Assembly (NCBI GenBank): GCA_943354605.1 | Contig: CALRCK010000001.1 | Span: 148,936-212,935 of the forward strand | DNA length: 64,000 nucleotides | Direction of reading: 5' to 3' | DNA from: Candidatus Uhrbacteria bacterium | GTDB lineage: Bacteria > Patescibacteriota > Patescibacteriia > UBA9934 | Shown here: in pieces, positions 18,706 to 28,623 of the stretch | Layout of the letters: every line of letters starts with the position of its first letter | Numbering within the stretch: position 1 is the first letter of the stretch | Made by a program: the position numbers and the translations under genes | Notes under the pieces: generated by a model | The model's input: only the letters and a program-made list of their open reading frames with translations | What the model was told of the DNA's origin: nothing | The model's database searches: none

Positions 18706-19122
18706 TTAGTTCGTGTCCTCGTCGTCTTCCGGCGGCCGAGGTTGGTTCTTCAGGCGGACCGGTTTCTCCTCGGCAGGACGCTTCTTGCGGATCTCACGAG
18801 CCTTGAGCTTCGGCGCCACGGCGTAGATGCTCCGCGCCTCGGCCATGACTTCGTCGATGATCTGGTGCGTGCCGTTGGGCAGCGCCTCCGGGCACTGCCC
18901 GATCGTGAGGATCACTTCCACGAGGCGACGGCGCGCGGCTTCGAGGGCCTTGCGCTGTTCACCGGGTTGCGTCCGCTGCTTCATGCTGCGGATGCGCTGA
19001 TGATGCGCGGTGGCACGACGCTCCAGCCGGGAGATGGGATCTGCCTTGGAGCTGTTCCCGCGCGGGATGCGGCGGACGTGGTGCTGCGGGTTGTGGCGAG
19101 GGGTGATGTTGACGAGGTTCAA
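18706..19122 (-). CDS. hypothetical basic protein (inside a GC-rich island)
   Basis: 138-aa ORF, Arg/Lys-rich, no family recognised. Confidence 0.35.
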   Translation of the reverse strand: MNLVNITPRHNPQHHVRRIPRGNSSKADPISRLERRATAHHQRIRSMKQRTQPGEQRKALEAARRRLVEVILTIGQCPEALPNGTHQIIDEVMAEARSIYAVAPKLKAREIRKKRPAEEKPVRLKNQPRPPEDDEDTN

Positions 19123-19223
19123 GAGCGTGCTCCTGGTTCGGTTTGCCTAACGCCGCCCCGGGATGGGAACGGTCGCGAAAGAGTGTCATACTTTTGAGGT
19201 TTCGTCAACGACAAAAACGTGTA

Positions 19224-19342
19224 GGGGTTTCTCATTTGTGACAATTTTCGGTGCGTATCAAGCAAATCTCGCGAGGCGTACTTTATGTGTACGTTGAGCG
19301 AGTTTGCGATGATGCAAGCCGAAAATTGGCCAAATGAGGAAG
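19224..19342 (-). mobile_element. ~120-bp MITE-like element with terminal inverted repeats (copy A, reverse orientation)
   Basis: Aligns end to end with the copies at 30424-30544 and 41096-41215. Its TIRs are 'cttcctcatttggccaattttcg' and 'cgaaaattgtcacaaatgagaaaccc'. Confidence 0.7.
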
Positions 19343-19447
19343 ACCGAACGAAAACCCCCAGGATCATCGATTTTCGATAACCCTGGGGGTCGGTCGAGGC
19401 GTTTCGTCGCCTCGACCCGTTGCGAGCCGCACTGGAACGTACCGAAC

Positions 19448-20077
19448 CTAGTGGTGCCCGCCGCCTCCGCCGCTCGGTTTGGGTGCAGCGTGGCCACCCT
19501 TCCCGCCGCTCAGCGCGAAGGCGCCGAAAGCGAAGAAGATTCCCCAGCACGCCTCTTTGGTGAGGAGGTGGTTGAGGCCCCAATACATCAGGCTTTCCGG
19601 GATGGCCCAGAACACCAGGTGCACCAGGGAGCCGACCACCCAGCCGAAGGGGTGCTGGGAGAACGGACACCCGCTCATCTTCTGCGGGATCGAGATCACA
19701 TCGCCACCGAAGTGGCAGAGGCTGTCCCAGATGCCGTAGAAGAAGTTCGCGAAGCCGATCAGGACGTACCAGACGACTCCCAGGTATCCGCTGTGGAAGT
19801 CGATGGTGTTCGCGGGGTTGTGGAGGTACGCGCTGCCGACCACTGCCACGATGACGAACGTCGCGAGCACTTTGTGGTGCCAGGCGAAGCCGACGAGGAG
19901 GAACGGGAGGCGGACGATCCACCAGATGATGCGGAAGGGGAGAGAGAAGAGCCAGAACAGGGACGTGAGCACGAGAAACTCCGGGAACGAGAAGAAATGG
20001 AAGGTTAAGAAGGGCTCCAGAGGAAACAACGAGTGTTGCGCCTTCTGGTGCCGGCCGATGCTCCGCGTGGGGAACAT
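19448..20077 (-). CDS. polytopic membrane protein, hypothetical
   Basis: Several hydrophobic helices. I chose the start at 'MFPTRS' to avoid overlap with the next gene. Gly/His-rich C-terminus. Confidence 0.4.
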   Translation of the reverse strand: MFPTRSIGRHQKAQHSLFPLEPFLTFHFFSFPEFLVLTSLFWLFSLPFRIIWWIVRLPFLLVGFAWHHKVLATFVIVAVVGSAYLHNPANTIDFHSGYLGVVWYVLIGFANFFYGIWDSLCHFGGDVISIPQKMSGCPFSQHPFGWVVGSLVHLVFWAIPESLMYWGLNHLLTKEACWGIFFAFGAFALSGGKGGHAAPKPSGGGGGHH

Positions 20078-20108
20078 CGGCCAGTGTCGTTGCTGTCGCG
20101 GGAGGCGA

Positions 20109-20507
20109 TCAGCGGGGGTCGAGGATGAGCGGCCGGCGGGAGCTTGCCAGGCGGCGACGGGCCGGACCGGTCGTGGCGTCATCGATGCTGACGCGGACGA
20201 TCTCCAACAGCTCCCTGGCTTCGAACACCATCCACACACCCGTGCCACCCAGCATCAGGACGATGCAGAGGCCGAGGAGCTCTCCCTGCTCGAAGAGGCG
20301 GAGCTCCGGGTGGCGGATACTACAGATCACCAGCGGGGAGATCGCGACCGCCGCGGCGGTGATGCTCGCCCAGCAGAAGAAGCGGGTCCGGCCGCCGACG
20401 AAGAGGTTGAGGAGTGTGAGGGGAAGGGATTGGAGAACCATGAGAGCACCGGGGAACGGGTGGAAGGTAACGCGATGTATCATAGCAGAAAAACACCCTT
20501 TTGTCAA
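20109..20507 (-). CDS. small membrane protein, hypothetical
   Basis: 132-aa ORF with three predicted helices. The start may instead be at 20483. Confidence 0.35.
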   Translation of the reverse strand: MTKGCFSAMIHRVTFHPFPGALMVLQSLPLTLLNLFVGGRTRFFCWASITAAAVAISPLVICSIRHPELRLFEQGELLGLCIVLMLGGTGVWMVFEARELLEIVRVSIDDATTGPARRRLASSRRPLILDPR

Positions 20508-20519
20508 TGCAAAAAGGCG
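20482..20519 (-). terminator. rho-independent terminator downstream of trpS
   Basis: The minus strand reads 'cgccuuuuugcauugacaaaagggug' as a hairpin followed by 'UUUUUCUGC'. Confidence 0.5.
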
Positions 20520-20552
20520 TTTTTTGTGGCTAATCTTAGCCGGTTTTGTTGT

Positions 20553-21533
20553 TTATAACACTAGCCCCATGTGTGCTTTTGTGAGCTGGATTTTGGTGTT
20601 TGCCTGCGCCGCCGCTTTTTCTGCTCCTTTGGCCAAAATCGCGATGAGCGCGAATTCGTCCACGAGCAATTCAGTCATTTTCTGCTGGATTGGGGAGAGA
20701 AAATCGATCAGCGCGGTTGCGGTGGCGTCTTTGAACGCTTTGTTTCCTTGGCTATCGAATTCTGCTGCGATGTCTGTGATTGATCGGCCGGTGGCGAGCG
20801 AATGAATGGTGAGGAGGTTCTTGAGCCCAGGCCGCGAGTCGTCAGCGGTGATGCCCGGCAGGGAATCGGTGACGGCTGAGCGAATCTTTTTCGCGATGGT
20901 ATCGGCGTCGTCGGTCATCGAAATGTAGTTCTTTGCACTTGCCGCGCTTTTGCTCATTTTCTTCTCCGGATTATCGAGCCCGAGAATGCGCGCGCCTTCG
21001 GATCGGATGATCGGCTTTGGCACCACAAACGTCTCACCAAAATCGCGGTTGAATCGCTCGGCAAGGTCGCGCGTCAGCTCAACGTGTTGCTTCTGATCCT
21101 CACCGACCGGAACAACGTCGGCGTCATGCAAAAGAATATCGGCTGCCATCAAAATGGGGTAGGTAAAGAGACCAACAGAAACGTTTTCCTTTTTTGCCGT
21201 CGCCTTGTCTTTATATTGCGTCATGCGTTCAAGCTCACTCATACGGCCAACGGTCTGCAACAACCATCCCAGCTCGGCATGAGCAGGGACTTGAGACTGT
21301 TGAAAGAGCACAGTCTTCTCTGGATCGATCCCAGCTGCAAGGTACGCCGCGGCAAGGAAGAGAATGTTCTTCCGAAGTTGTGCAGGATCCTGAGGAACCG
21401 TGATGGCGTGCAAATCCACGATCATCATTGTCAGGTCATAGGTTTTCTGCATTTCGACTGCTGGAAGCAGTGCGCCAAAGAGGTTCCCGATGTGCAAAGT
21501 ATTCGTAGGTTGAATTCCGGTGAGTGCTCGCAT
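20553..21533 (-). CDS. trpS: tryptophanyl-tRNA synthetase
   Basis: 'TGIQPTNTLHIGNLFGAL' (HIGH region) and 'KMSKSAASAKNYI' (KMSKS). I chose the start at 'MRALTG'. Confidence 0.85.
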   Translation of the reverse strand: MRALTGIQPTNTLHIGNLFGALLPAVEMQKTYDLTMMIVDLHAITVPQDPAQLRKNILFLAAAYLAAGIDPEKTVLFQQSQVPAHAELGWLLQTVGRMSELERMTQYKDKATAKKENVSVGLFTYPILMAADILLHDADVVPVGEDQKQHVELTRDLAERFNRDFGETFVVPKPIIRSEGARILGLDNPEKKMSKSAASAKNYISMTDDADTIAKKIRSAVTDSLPGITADDSRPGLKNLLTIHSLATGRSITDIAAEFDSQGNKAFKDATATALIDFLSPIQQKMTELLVDEFALIAILAKGAEKAAAQANTKIQLTKAHMGLVL

Positions 21534-21629
21534 ATGCGTTGCAGTGTAGCAGAGGAGAGAGGTAGTCGGTAAGGCGTATTGGGGGTAAAAGTTTGAAAAT
21601 TTGGCCAAAATCTGCTACAATCCTCGCTT

Positions 21630-23015
21630 ATGAATACACGCCTTTTTTCCGGGTTTCTCCTTGCCTTGATTATCGCAAGCCTCGCCCCTGCTCATGTTTT
21701 TGCGTCATCGGCCTGGCCGGCAAGTGCCGGAACGGACATTGGTTTGGTTTCACTTGCGGCAACGGTGCCAGCGTTTGATGCTTCGGGTGTGGCATATGAT
21801 TCCGTGCTTGGAAAACTCATCGGTATTGGCGACGATGGCGACATCATTACGATGAATACCGACGGTTCTGGTGTGACGGCATACACCGTATCAGGGGATC
21901 CCGAAGATGTGGCAATTGCCGCTGAGGGCTCAAATGTCATTTACCTTTCCGACGAAAACGCCGGAACTGTTTCGGCATTCGATCTTGCGACGGGTGCACT
22001 CACTGGAAAATCGTGGACAGTGTCGTCGTACATCACCACGGCGACAAGGCAGGGTATTGAGGCCATGACATTTGTGCCGAATGGATATCATCCCTATGCC
22101 GACAGTACGTCCGGCGGATTGTTTTATGTTGGATCGCAATACAACGGCGATATCGCGGTGCTCGACATCGATACATCCACCAGCGGATCCGTTTCCCTCA
22201 TCGATACCATCGCGACTGGTCGCACCGATCTTTCTGGATTGAATTGGAATAGCGATACGCAAATGCTCTATGCCGCGTACGATGGCTATGACCTTCTTGC
22301 GGAACTGAAGTCCGATGGAACGCTCGTGCATGAATATGCGATGCCAACAGGAATTGATCAGGAAGGAGTAACGGTTATTCCAAACTGTGCTGCTGGAAGC
22401 GCCGATGTGTATGTTGCCGACGACGGCGCACCGAATGTTTGGAAATACACGGGCTACCCAATTGATACAGATACCGTCTACGCCGATGCTGACGGGGATG
22501 GTCTTGGAGATCCTTCGTTAACGGCATCGGTCTGTGTTGGTGGGTCGTTTGCGGGATATGTCTCCAACAGTGACGACACGAATGACACCATTCCAAACGC
22601 GGGCATCGAAATTGGCGGCGACGGAAAGGATAATGATGGTGATGGCGTCGTCGATGAATACAACATGATCGCGTCAAACGGCGCACACCCATATTATTCA
22701 ACGTTGAGCGCGGCAGATACGTCGGCGTATGGTTCAACAATGACCAGTGTGCGCATTGTGCAAAAAACTGGAGCACTGCTCGTGACATTAGGCGACGCAT
22801 CCGTCTATTCGTACACCGTATGGTCTGGTGGATGGCGTGGTCGCCCTTGGATGACAGCAGTAAGCGTGAAAAACTCGGCATACATCCTCGTCTCTTATAA
22901 TTTCTCGTCTCGCCGTATTTATAATGCGTACGACGGAAGTCTTGTCGCTTCGGGTCGTGGATTCATGACAAAAACGAACGCCCAGGTTTGGGCGGCGAGT
23001 GTGCTTGGTCTTTAG
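21630..23015 (+). CDS. secreted protein with signal peptide and Ca-binding-like 'DADGDGLGD'/'DGKDNDGDGVVDEY' motifs
   Basis: N-terminal 'MNTRLFSGFLLALIIASLAPAHVFA' signal peptide. Aspartate-rich repeats resembling thrombospondin-type-3/dockerin-like Ca sites. Confidence 0.5.
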   Translation: MNTRLFSGFLLALIIASLAPAHVFASSAWPASAGTDIGLVSLAATVPAFDASGVAYDSVLGKLIGIGDDGDIITMNTDGSGVTAYTVSGDPEDVAIAAEGSNVIYLSDENAGTVSAFDLATGALTGKSWTVSSYITTATRQGIEAMTFVPNGYHPYADSTSGGLFYVGSQYNGDIAVLDIDTSTSGSVSLIDTIATGRTDLSGLNWNSDTQMLYAAYDGYDLLAELKSDGTLVHEYAMPTGIDQEGVTVIPNCAAGSADVYVADDGAPNVWKYTGYPIDTDTVYADADGDGLGDPSLTASVCVGGSFAGYVSNSDDTNDTIPNAGIEIGGDGKDNDGDGVVDEYNMIASNGAHPYYSTLSAADTSAYGSTMTSVRIVQKTGALLVTLGDASVYSYTVWSGGWRGRPWMTAVSVKNSAYILVSYNFSSRRIYNAYDGSLVASGRGFMTKTNAQVWAASVLGL

Positions 23016-23049
23016 CAGAAAATGGAGTACAGTGCGCCCTGTTCGCCCT

Positions 23050-23136
23050 GCGGATGTGGCGGAATTGGTATACGCGTAGGTCTCAGAAGCCTATGCCCTT
23101 ACAGGCTTGAGGGTTCGAGTCCCTCCATCCGCACCA
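23050..23136 (+). tRNA. tRNA-Leu (anticodon CAG), type II with long variable arm, CCA encoded
   Basis: Manual fold: acceptor gcggatg/catccgc, anticodon stem taggt/gccta, loop cuCAGaa, T-arm gaggg-ttcgagt-ccctc, 3' ACCA. Confidence 0.8.
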
Positions 23137-23266
23137 CAAAAACATCGTAATTTCCCCCAAGACGTTGTCACAAAGTTCCGCATCGCCTCACCGTACCGCG
23201 AAGTACGCCTCGGCGATTGCTCGCTTTGTTCCTAGTCTTGAGAAAAATTACGGTGTTTTTGTCTTT

Positions 23267-25021
23267 TTAAAAGCTCACTTTTGTTTTGCGGTACCAACCT
23301 TCCACGTTGGCGAAGCGGTCGGATGGAGTGGTGACGTTGGCGACCGTTGTTCCGTAAAGCTTTGGACTGAGCGCGTATAAGTACTGTGGTTGGTACAGCA
23401 TGATGGCTGGCTGTTCTTCGGCAAACGTACTTGCAAGAAGTTGTCCGGCCTCCACGGCTTTTGCAGGGTCGGCACTCGTTCGTGCGGTTTCGATAGCAGT
23501 ATCAACTTTTCGGTTTGCGAATCCGCTGAGGTTCAGGCCCGGGTATGTGCTCTGCGATGAATGCCAGAAGGGGTAAAGGTCTGGGTATGCGCCGTATCGT
23601 TCACCGGCAAGCAGCGCGTCAAAATTGTGATTTTTTACGACTTCGTTTTGGAGTGTGGCTTGGTCGACGACTGCGATACTGACATTTGCGCCAATCGCTG
23701 CCCATTCGCGCTGCAGTTCATTGGCGGCGGCGATAAGATCTGGTGAATCGAGTGTTGTGAGGGTGAATGCAAGCTCGGATCCGGATTTTGTGCGAACCGT
23801 TGCACCGTCTGCCATGCTCCAGCCCTTACTTTCAAGGAGACCCTTCGCGCCTTCAATATCGGCGGTCGGGATTGTGGCGGCGCTATCAAATCCAGGCATA
23901 CCTGGAAGAAGTGGGGAAGCGAGTGGTGTTGCGTACGATCCTGTTGACGCCTGTGCAACGAGTGTACGATCCGTGGCAAGAACAAGGGCTTGGCGAACGT
24001 TGTCGTCGGCAAGCACTGCGGACTGCTTTTGATTAAAGAATGTTGCGGTGAATTGTGAGAGCAACGGTGAGCCGAGCGCGATCACACCGTCGTGAGCAAG
24101 GCTTTGTGCGTCCTGCGCAGCAAGCACTGAAGCGCCCTCCACGTTTTTGTTTCGCACGGCGTCAGTAAGCTCTTGGAACCCGTTGTAGAACTTTAACGTG
24201 ATGTCGTTGAGATACACCGTACCGCGATAAAAGTGGGGATTTCGTTCAACGGTGTAGCTTCGGAGTGCGCCTTTGTTGTCTTTGACGAGTTTAGAAAACA
24301 TGAACGGGCCGCTGCCGACTGGCTTGATATTGAGTTGGGCGAGTGGAGCATTTTGTGGTGCAACTTCTTCCCAAAGATGGGCTGGAAGAATGCCAACGGT
24401 GAGCGCAGCAAGGAACGGAGCAAATGGTTCGTCCAACGTGAACACGACGGTGTGTTCGTCTGGTGCTTCCACGGTAGATCCGCTAAAACTCACGGAAAGC
24501 GGGCTATGGTATTCGGGGTTTTGGATTGCGTCGATAGTAAAGAGAACATCGGCGCTCGTCACAAGTTCGCCGTCGTGCCACAGTGCATTGTTGCGAAGCG
24601 TGAACGTGTACGTTTTTTGGTCGTCGGAAACGGTGTAGTTTTCTGCGAGGTCTGGAACAAGACCATGATCCCCATCAAACCGCATGAGGCCTGAGAACAT
24701 GAGGCGGGTGAGGTCGCTGTCTACGTCGCTTCCAATGGCGTAGAGAGGATTAATGTATTGCGGTGAGCCAAGTGCACCTTCGGTATATGATCCGCCAACT
24801 GCAGGAAGGAGCGTTTCATTGGAAAGCCAAAATCGAACGCCGAGGAGCCCGCCGGAAAGCGCACAGACGATGAGCGCACCAGTAAAGAGCTTCCGTTCTT
24901 TTATGGAAAGAAAACGTGGAAGTTCTTTCCATTGCTTCCATGTAGGAAATCGATTGCCACGAAGACCAACGAGCTGCCGAACGGCGACAGTGTTTGCTGA
25001 CGGGGATTGGCGCATTTGCAC
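23267..25021 (-). CDS. ABC transporter substrate-binding protein, family 5 (oligopeptide/dipeptide-binding)
   Basis: Length, an N-terminal TM/signal segment, and overall SBP_bac_5-like composition with a YxxxxW-rich core. Confidence 0.7.
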   Translation of the reverse strand: MQMRQSPSANTVAVRQLVGLRGNRFPTWKQWKELPRFLSIKERKLFTGALIVCALSGGLLGVRFWLSNETLLPAVGGSYTEGALGSPQYINPLYAIGSDVDSDLTRLMFSGLMRFDGDHGLVPDLAENYTVSDDQKTYTFTLRNNALWHDGELVTSADVLFTIDAIQNPEYHSPLSVSFSGSTVEAPDEHTVVFTLDEPFAPFLAALTVGILPAHLWEEVAPQNAPLAQLNIKPVGSGPFMFSKLVKDNKGALRSYTVERNPHFYRGTVYLNDITLKFYNGFQELTDAVRNKNVEGASVLAAQDAQSLAHDGVIALGSPLLSQFTATFFNQKQSAVLADDNVRQALVLATDRTLVAQASTGSYATPLASPLLPGMPGFDSAATIPTADIEGAKGLLESKGWSMADGATVRTKSGSELAFTLTTLDSPDLIAAANELQREWAAIGANVSIAVVDQATLQNEVVKNHNFDALLAGERYGAYPDLYPFWHSSQSTYPGLNLSGFANRKVDTAIETARTSADPAKAVEAGQLLASTFAEEQPAIMLYQPQYLYALSPKLYGTTVANVTTPSDRFANVEGWYRKTKVSF

Positions 25022-25102
25022 AAAAGAGCGGATCGAGGCGATCCAGCGAGAGCACTTTGCACGAAGAGAGGAAAGAGGAGACGAAATAGTGGATGTGGAC
25101 TA

Positions 25103-25318
25103 TTAGAACGAGAACAGGCTGTTTGCGAGGGCTACTCCAAAGAAGAGCACGGCAAGAACAACCGTAGCGATGTGAAGCTTCTTTTCGATGCCGCGACGGG
25201 TGCGGTAGAAATCTCCGCTACCGCCAAAGGCTAATCCAACGCTTGCTCCGCGTGCCTGGAGAAGGATTGCTGTGGTTAAGAGAATCGCGAGAACAACCTG
25301 AACAATATCGAGAATCAT
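25103..25318 (-). CDS. secG: preprotein translocase subunit SecG
   Basis: 'MILDIVQVVLAILLTTAILLQARGASVGLAFGGSG...RG.EK.L...T' pattern. I chose the internal start at 25318. Confidence 0.65.
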   Translation of the reverse strand: MILDIVQVVLAILLTTAILLQARGASVGLAFGGSGDFYRTRRGIEKKLHIATVVLAVLFFGVALANSLFSF

Positions 25319-25393
25319 AGTGCGAAAAGCATACCAAATTGGGCCTGTGCCGTAAAGATCGACCCACAATATTATGATATCATTCAGTCAAAT

Positions 25394-26170
25394 ATGGAGG
25401 AGATCGAGGAAATCAATATGCTTCCTACGCAGACCCCGCCGCCGACGAAGCGCCGGTGGTCTCCGGCTCGGATGCTGGGTGCGGTTGGCTTCGTCCTGGT
25501 CCTTTTTTGTGTTTTAGGGTTTTCCTGGAGGGTGTTCTCGTTTTATCGTGACATTCGGAACGGATCAATCAATCCCGCATTGGCATACACCACAACGAAT
25601 TTTACTCGTGCAGTGACCGCATTTGCGGCAAAGGCTGCGGCAAATACCGATGCTGCTTCATTGATCGGGACGAGCGACCCCTCACTGGGAAACAAGAATG
25701 CGAAGATCACCGTCGTGGAATTCGCTGACTTTGGTTGCCCGTATTCGCAAGAAGTCGCCCCAATCGTTCGTGCAATCGCAAAACAATATTCCAGCGACGT
25801 TCGGGTGGTTTTTCGAAACTTTCCCATCGAGGAACTTCATCCTGGTGCAACGATCGCTGCGCAGGCTGGGGGTTGTGCGGCAGAGCAGGGGAATTTTTGG
25901 GAGTATCATGATGCAGTGTTCGCAAGTAAGGAACCGCTTGGTGTGGACATGCTGAGCGGGATTGCGGACACGATTGGTCTGGATGCGGATCAATTCGCGC
26001 GCTGTCTTGATTCCGATTACTACGCTGCCGACGTCACCACTGACGGAACCGATGGCGCTGCGGCAGGCGTAACGGGCACTCCAACATTTTTCTTTAATGG
26101 TCAGAAAGTAGAGGGATCAATTCCTTTTACGATCTTTACCCAAATTCTCGATGCCATGCGTCAAACGTAG
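25394..26170 (+). CDS. DsbA-family thiol:disulfide oxidoreductase, membrane-anchored
   Basis: TM anchor plus 'FADFGCPYSQEV' CxxC thioredoxin-fold motif. Confidence 0.7.
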   Translation: MEEIEEINMLPTQTPPPTKRRWSPARMLGAVGFVLVLFCVLGFSWRVFSFYRDIRNGSINPALAYTTTNFTRAVTAFAAKAAANTDAASLIGTSDPSLGNKNAKITVVEFADFGCPYSQEVAPIVRAIAKQYSSDVRVVFRNFPIEELHPGATIAAQAGGCAAEQGNFWEYHDAVFASKEPLGVDMLSGIADTIGLDADQFARCLDSDYYAADVTTDGTDGAAAGVTGTPTFFFNGQKVEGSIPFTIFTQILDAMRQT

Positions 26171-27578
26171 TTTTCTCGCCTTCGCCGTTGTGGCGCTCCT
26201 CACCTTTTTCCCAAAGGTGTCGTTTGCGTCGACGACGACGTGTGAATGTTTTTGTGGATCATCTGGCACCGGCGCAGTAGACGCCGATCAGATGACGAAT
26301 AGTGCCTGTCAGCAAACGTGTATCGATACAAATACCCAATTTGTTGGATGCTTCTCTGATCCTCAACAATATCCTGATCGAAATCCAAAGTGCTGGACGC
26401 AAGATCAGTGTGATGCCTGGAGTGGATACAGCGGCGCAACACTGATTGGCGCATCGTGGGCCGGTGGAGACATGCCGTACGACTGCGCAAAGACAAAAAC
26501 CAGTAGCTTACCCCAGAAGTATTGTTACGCAGACGATGCACCATACACGCTGAACGTAGCGATCGGGAACGTGAAGGAGGTCGCGAATCTCCCAACATAC
26601 ATTAATGATATTTATGTATGGCTGTTGCCTGCGGCCTCGCTGGTCGCGGTCGTTATGATGATGATCGGTGGACTGCAATACGTCATGTCGCGTGGAAAGA
26701 GTAAGTATATTGAAAAGGCGAAAACGCGCATCACCAATGCGATCACTGGACTGGTGATGTTGTTGAGTATCTTTGTGCTCTTGAACCTGATCGATCCTCG
26801 TCTTACCGCGCTGAACGCGTTACGGATTCCAATGATTAAGGAGGTGACAATCCTTGATGTGGAGTCGTCCTGTGAACGTCTGACTGATACCGATGTTGGT
26901 TATGATGTGACGTTGAAAACGGGTACCGAAGCGTGTGGCGGAACGGGGACGGTTTCTGGAGCTCCGGTGGAGGGGACGATCGGGTCGTGGAAGGAGGGCG
27001 ATGTGTGTAATTACACAAAATGTACGGGTGCCGATGCTGGAAAGGTTTGTATACGAGATGGCTCGACGAATTCTTGTAAATCTTGCGCAGAAATTCCGAG
27101 CCCGTCAGAATCGAATTGTAAATCGGCGGAAAAGTTTAATGCGGGGTCCGGTGATACGCAAGAATATTGTGAATATGATTCAACACTGAATAGCTGCGTT
27201 ACTGCTGGAACGAATCTTGATACGATGCCGGGTTTTTATTGTGGCGCATTAAAAACTGCCGCAATGGATCCAAAAAAGGATAAAACAAAATGGAAGGGAT
27301 GCGCTGTATATGAGGATCTAGATGCTTGGTATACTGTTGAGCAGGTGGGAGTTGGTGGAAGAAAGTTGTTTCCTACAACGCTGAATACAGCTCAAGGCTC
27401 ATCACTGCTCAAGACAATTTGTAACGATGATAAATGTGAAATTGCAAAGGCCGTCGGCGCTTCAACGTGTAATTACAATATTGGTTCAAAAGATCCCGGA
27501 TATATTAAGGAATTTTTAAGCCTATATTTTTCCTCGGTCTCTCTTGAAACGACCGGATATTTCTGCCACACCTTTTAA
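26151..27578 (+). CDS. Cys-rich secreted/membrane protein, hypothetical
   Basis: Signal peptide 'MPCVKRSFLAFAVVALLTFFPKVSFA', a Cys-rich N-domain, two hydrophobic helices (pilin/TrbC-like 'GGLQYVMSRG...NAITGLVML'), and a Cys-rich C-domain. Confidence 0.45.
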   Translation: MPCVKRSFLAFAVVALLTFFPKVSFASTTTCECFCGSSGTGAVDADQMTNSACQQTCIDTNTQFVGCFSDPQQYPDRNPKCWTQDQCDAWSGYSGATLIGASWAGGDMPYDCAKTKTSSLPQKYCYADDAPYTLNVAIGNVKEVANLPTYINDIYVWLLPAASLVAVVMMMIGGLQYVMSRGKSKYIEKAKTRITNAITGLVMLLSIFVLLNLIDPRLTALNALRIPMIKEVTILDVESSCERLTDTDVGYDVTLKTGTEACGGTGTVSGAPVEGTIGSWKEGDVCNYTKCTGADAGKVCIRDGSTNSCKSCAEIPSPSESNCKSAEKFNAGSGDTQEYCEYDSTLNSCVTAGTNLDTMPGFYCGALKTAAMDPKKDKTKWKGCAVYEDLDAWYTVEQVGVGGRKLFPTTLNTAQGSSLLKTICNDDKCEIAKAVGASTCNYNIGSKDPGYIKEFLSLYFSSVSLETTGYFCHTF

Positions 27579-27633
27579 CGTTTCATCAAACACAAAACTC
27601 CGGCTCATTTCTGAGCCGGAGTTTTGATGTGAC

Positions 27634-28014
27634 TTACGCCTTTTTTACGACGAGTTCGCGGAGCTTGCGGCCGAAGTCTTTCATGAAGTTCAGCTTGCGC
27701 TTTCGAACTTTGTAGCGCTTTACTACTTCGATCTTTACGATAACTGGTGAAGATGTTGGGAAGATCTTTTCTACGCCGAATCCGTTGCTTTCCTTGCGGA
27801 CCACGAAGGACTTTGAGGCGCCAGCACCACGGGTGGACGTGACCAAACCTTCGAAGATCTGGATACGTTCGCGTGGTTCGCCTTTTGCGTTCACGTCTTG
27901 AATTTTCTCGTGAATACGGATCACCATGCCTGTTTCCACAACGGTTGGGGCAACTGCCACAACTTCTGCTGCTGGAGCGGTAGTGATTTCTACTGTTTCG
28001 GTGGTGTCGGTCAT
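27634..28014 (-). CDS. rplS: 50S ribosomal protein L19
   Basis: 'IQIFEGLVTSTRGAGASKSFVVRKESNGFGVEKIFPTSSPVIVKIEVV'. I chose the start at 'MTDTTET' (28014) rather than the upstream ATG at 28185. Confidence 0.8.
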   Translation of the reverse strand: MTDTTETVEITTAPAAEVVAVAPTVVETGMVIRIHEKIQDVNAKGEPRERIQIFEGLVTSTRGAGASKSFVVRKESNGFGVEKIFPTSSPVIVKIEVVKRYKVRKRKLNFMKDFGRKLRELVVKKA

Positions 28015-28067
28015 AGATCGATAGTTCCTAAAAGATGGGCGAAGTGTAGCGGAAAAGCAGTTGAGGG

Positions 28068-28622
28068 TCAAGAATTTTTGGGGAGAGCTGCAATAATAGC
28101 TGCCGCAACATCGGTGGCGGGAATGTGGGTGGTGTCGATGGTAAAGTCGAAATTTTCGCTGTTTTGCAGGGAAATCCCGTACCATTTCTGGTATCTTGCT
28201 ATGGTGTTTGCTAGGCGTTCGTCCATAATTTGCCGTGCCTGTTCTGATGAGGAATACTCCGGCTCATCGTCTCGGCCTTCCTCTGAGCTTCTGGCTTTGA
28301 AGATGCGTTCTGCGGCAATATCGGGGTCTACCGTAAGCTGAACTTTGAACGCGTTCGGGATGAAATACCATGAAAGCCACCCGTCGATAATGAAATTATC
28401 CTCTGTTTCCCCAAGTTTTGTTTGGAATTCGTCTACTTCGCGGTCCGAAGCGATATCGTCCAAACCGAGCGCATTCAGCTCGTCGATCGTAATTCCCTTA
28501 CTCAACGCCATCTTTCCGCGCAAATCACCCATGGAATAGGACTTTAAGCCGAGTTTTTCGGCAAGAAGGTTCTTAATGGTGGTTTTGCCGGCACCAGATA
28601 ATCCAGAGAGGGCGATGATCAT
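28068..28622 (-). CDS. cytidylate kinase-like P-loop nucleoside monophosphate kinase
   Basis: 'IIALSGLSGAGKTT' Walker A and a cmk-like overall layout. Confidence 0.55.
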   Translation of the reverse strand: MIIALSGLSGAGKTTIKNLLAEKLGLKSYSMGDLRGKMALSKGITIDELNALGLDDIASDREVDEFQTKLGETEDNFIIDGWLSWYFIPNAFKVQLTVDPDIAAERIFKARSSEEGRDDEPEYSSSEQARQIMDERLANTIARYQKWYGISLQNSENFDFTIDTTHIPATDVAAAIIAALPKNS

Positions 28623-28623
28623 A

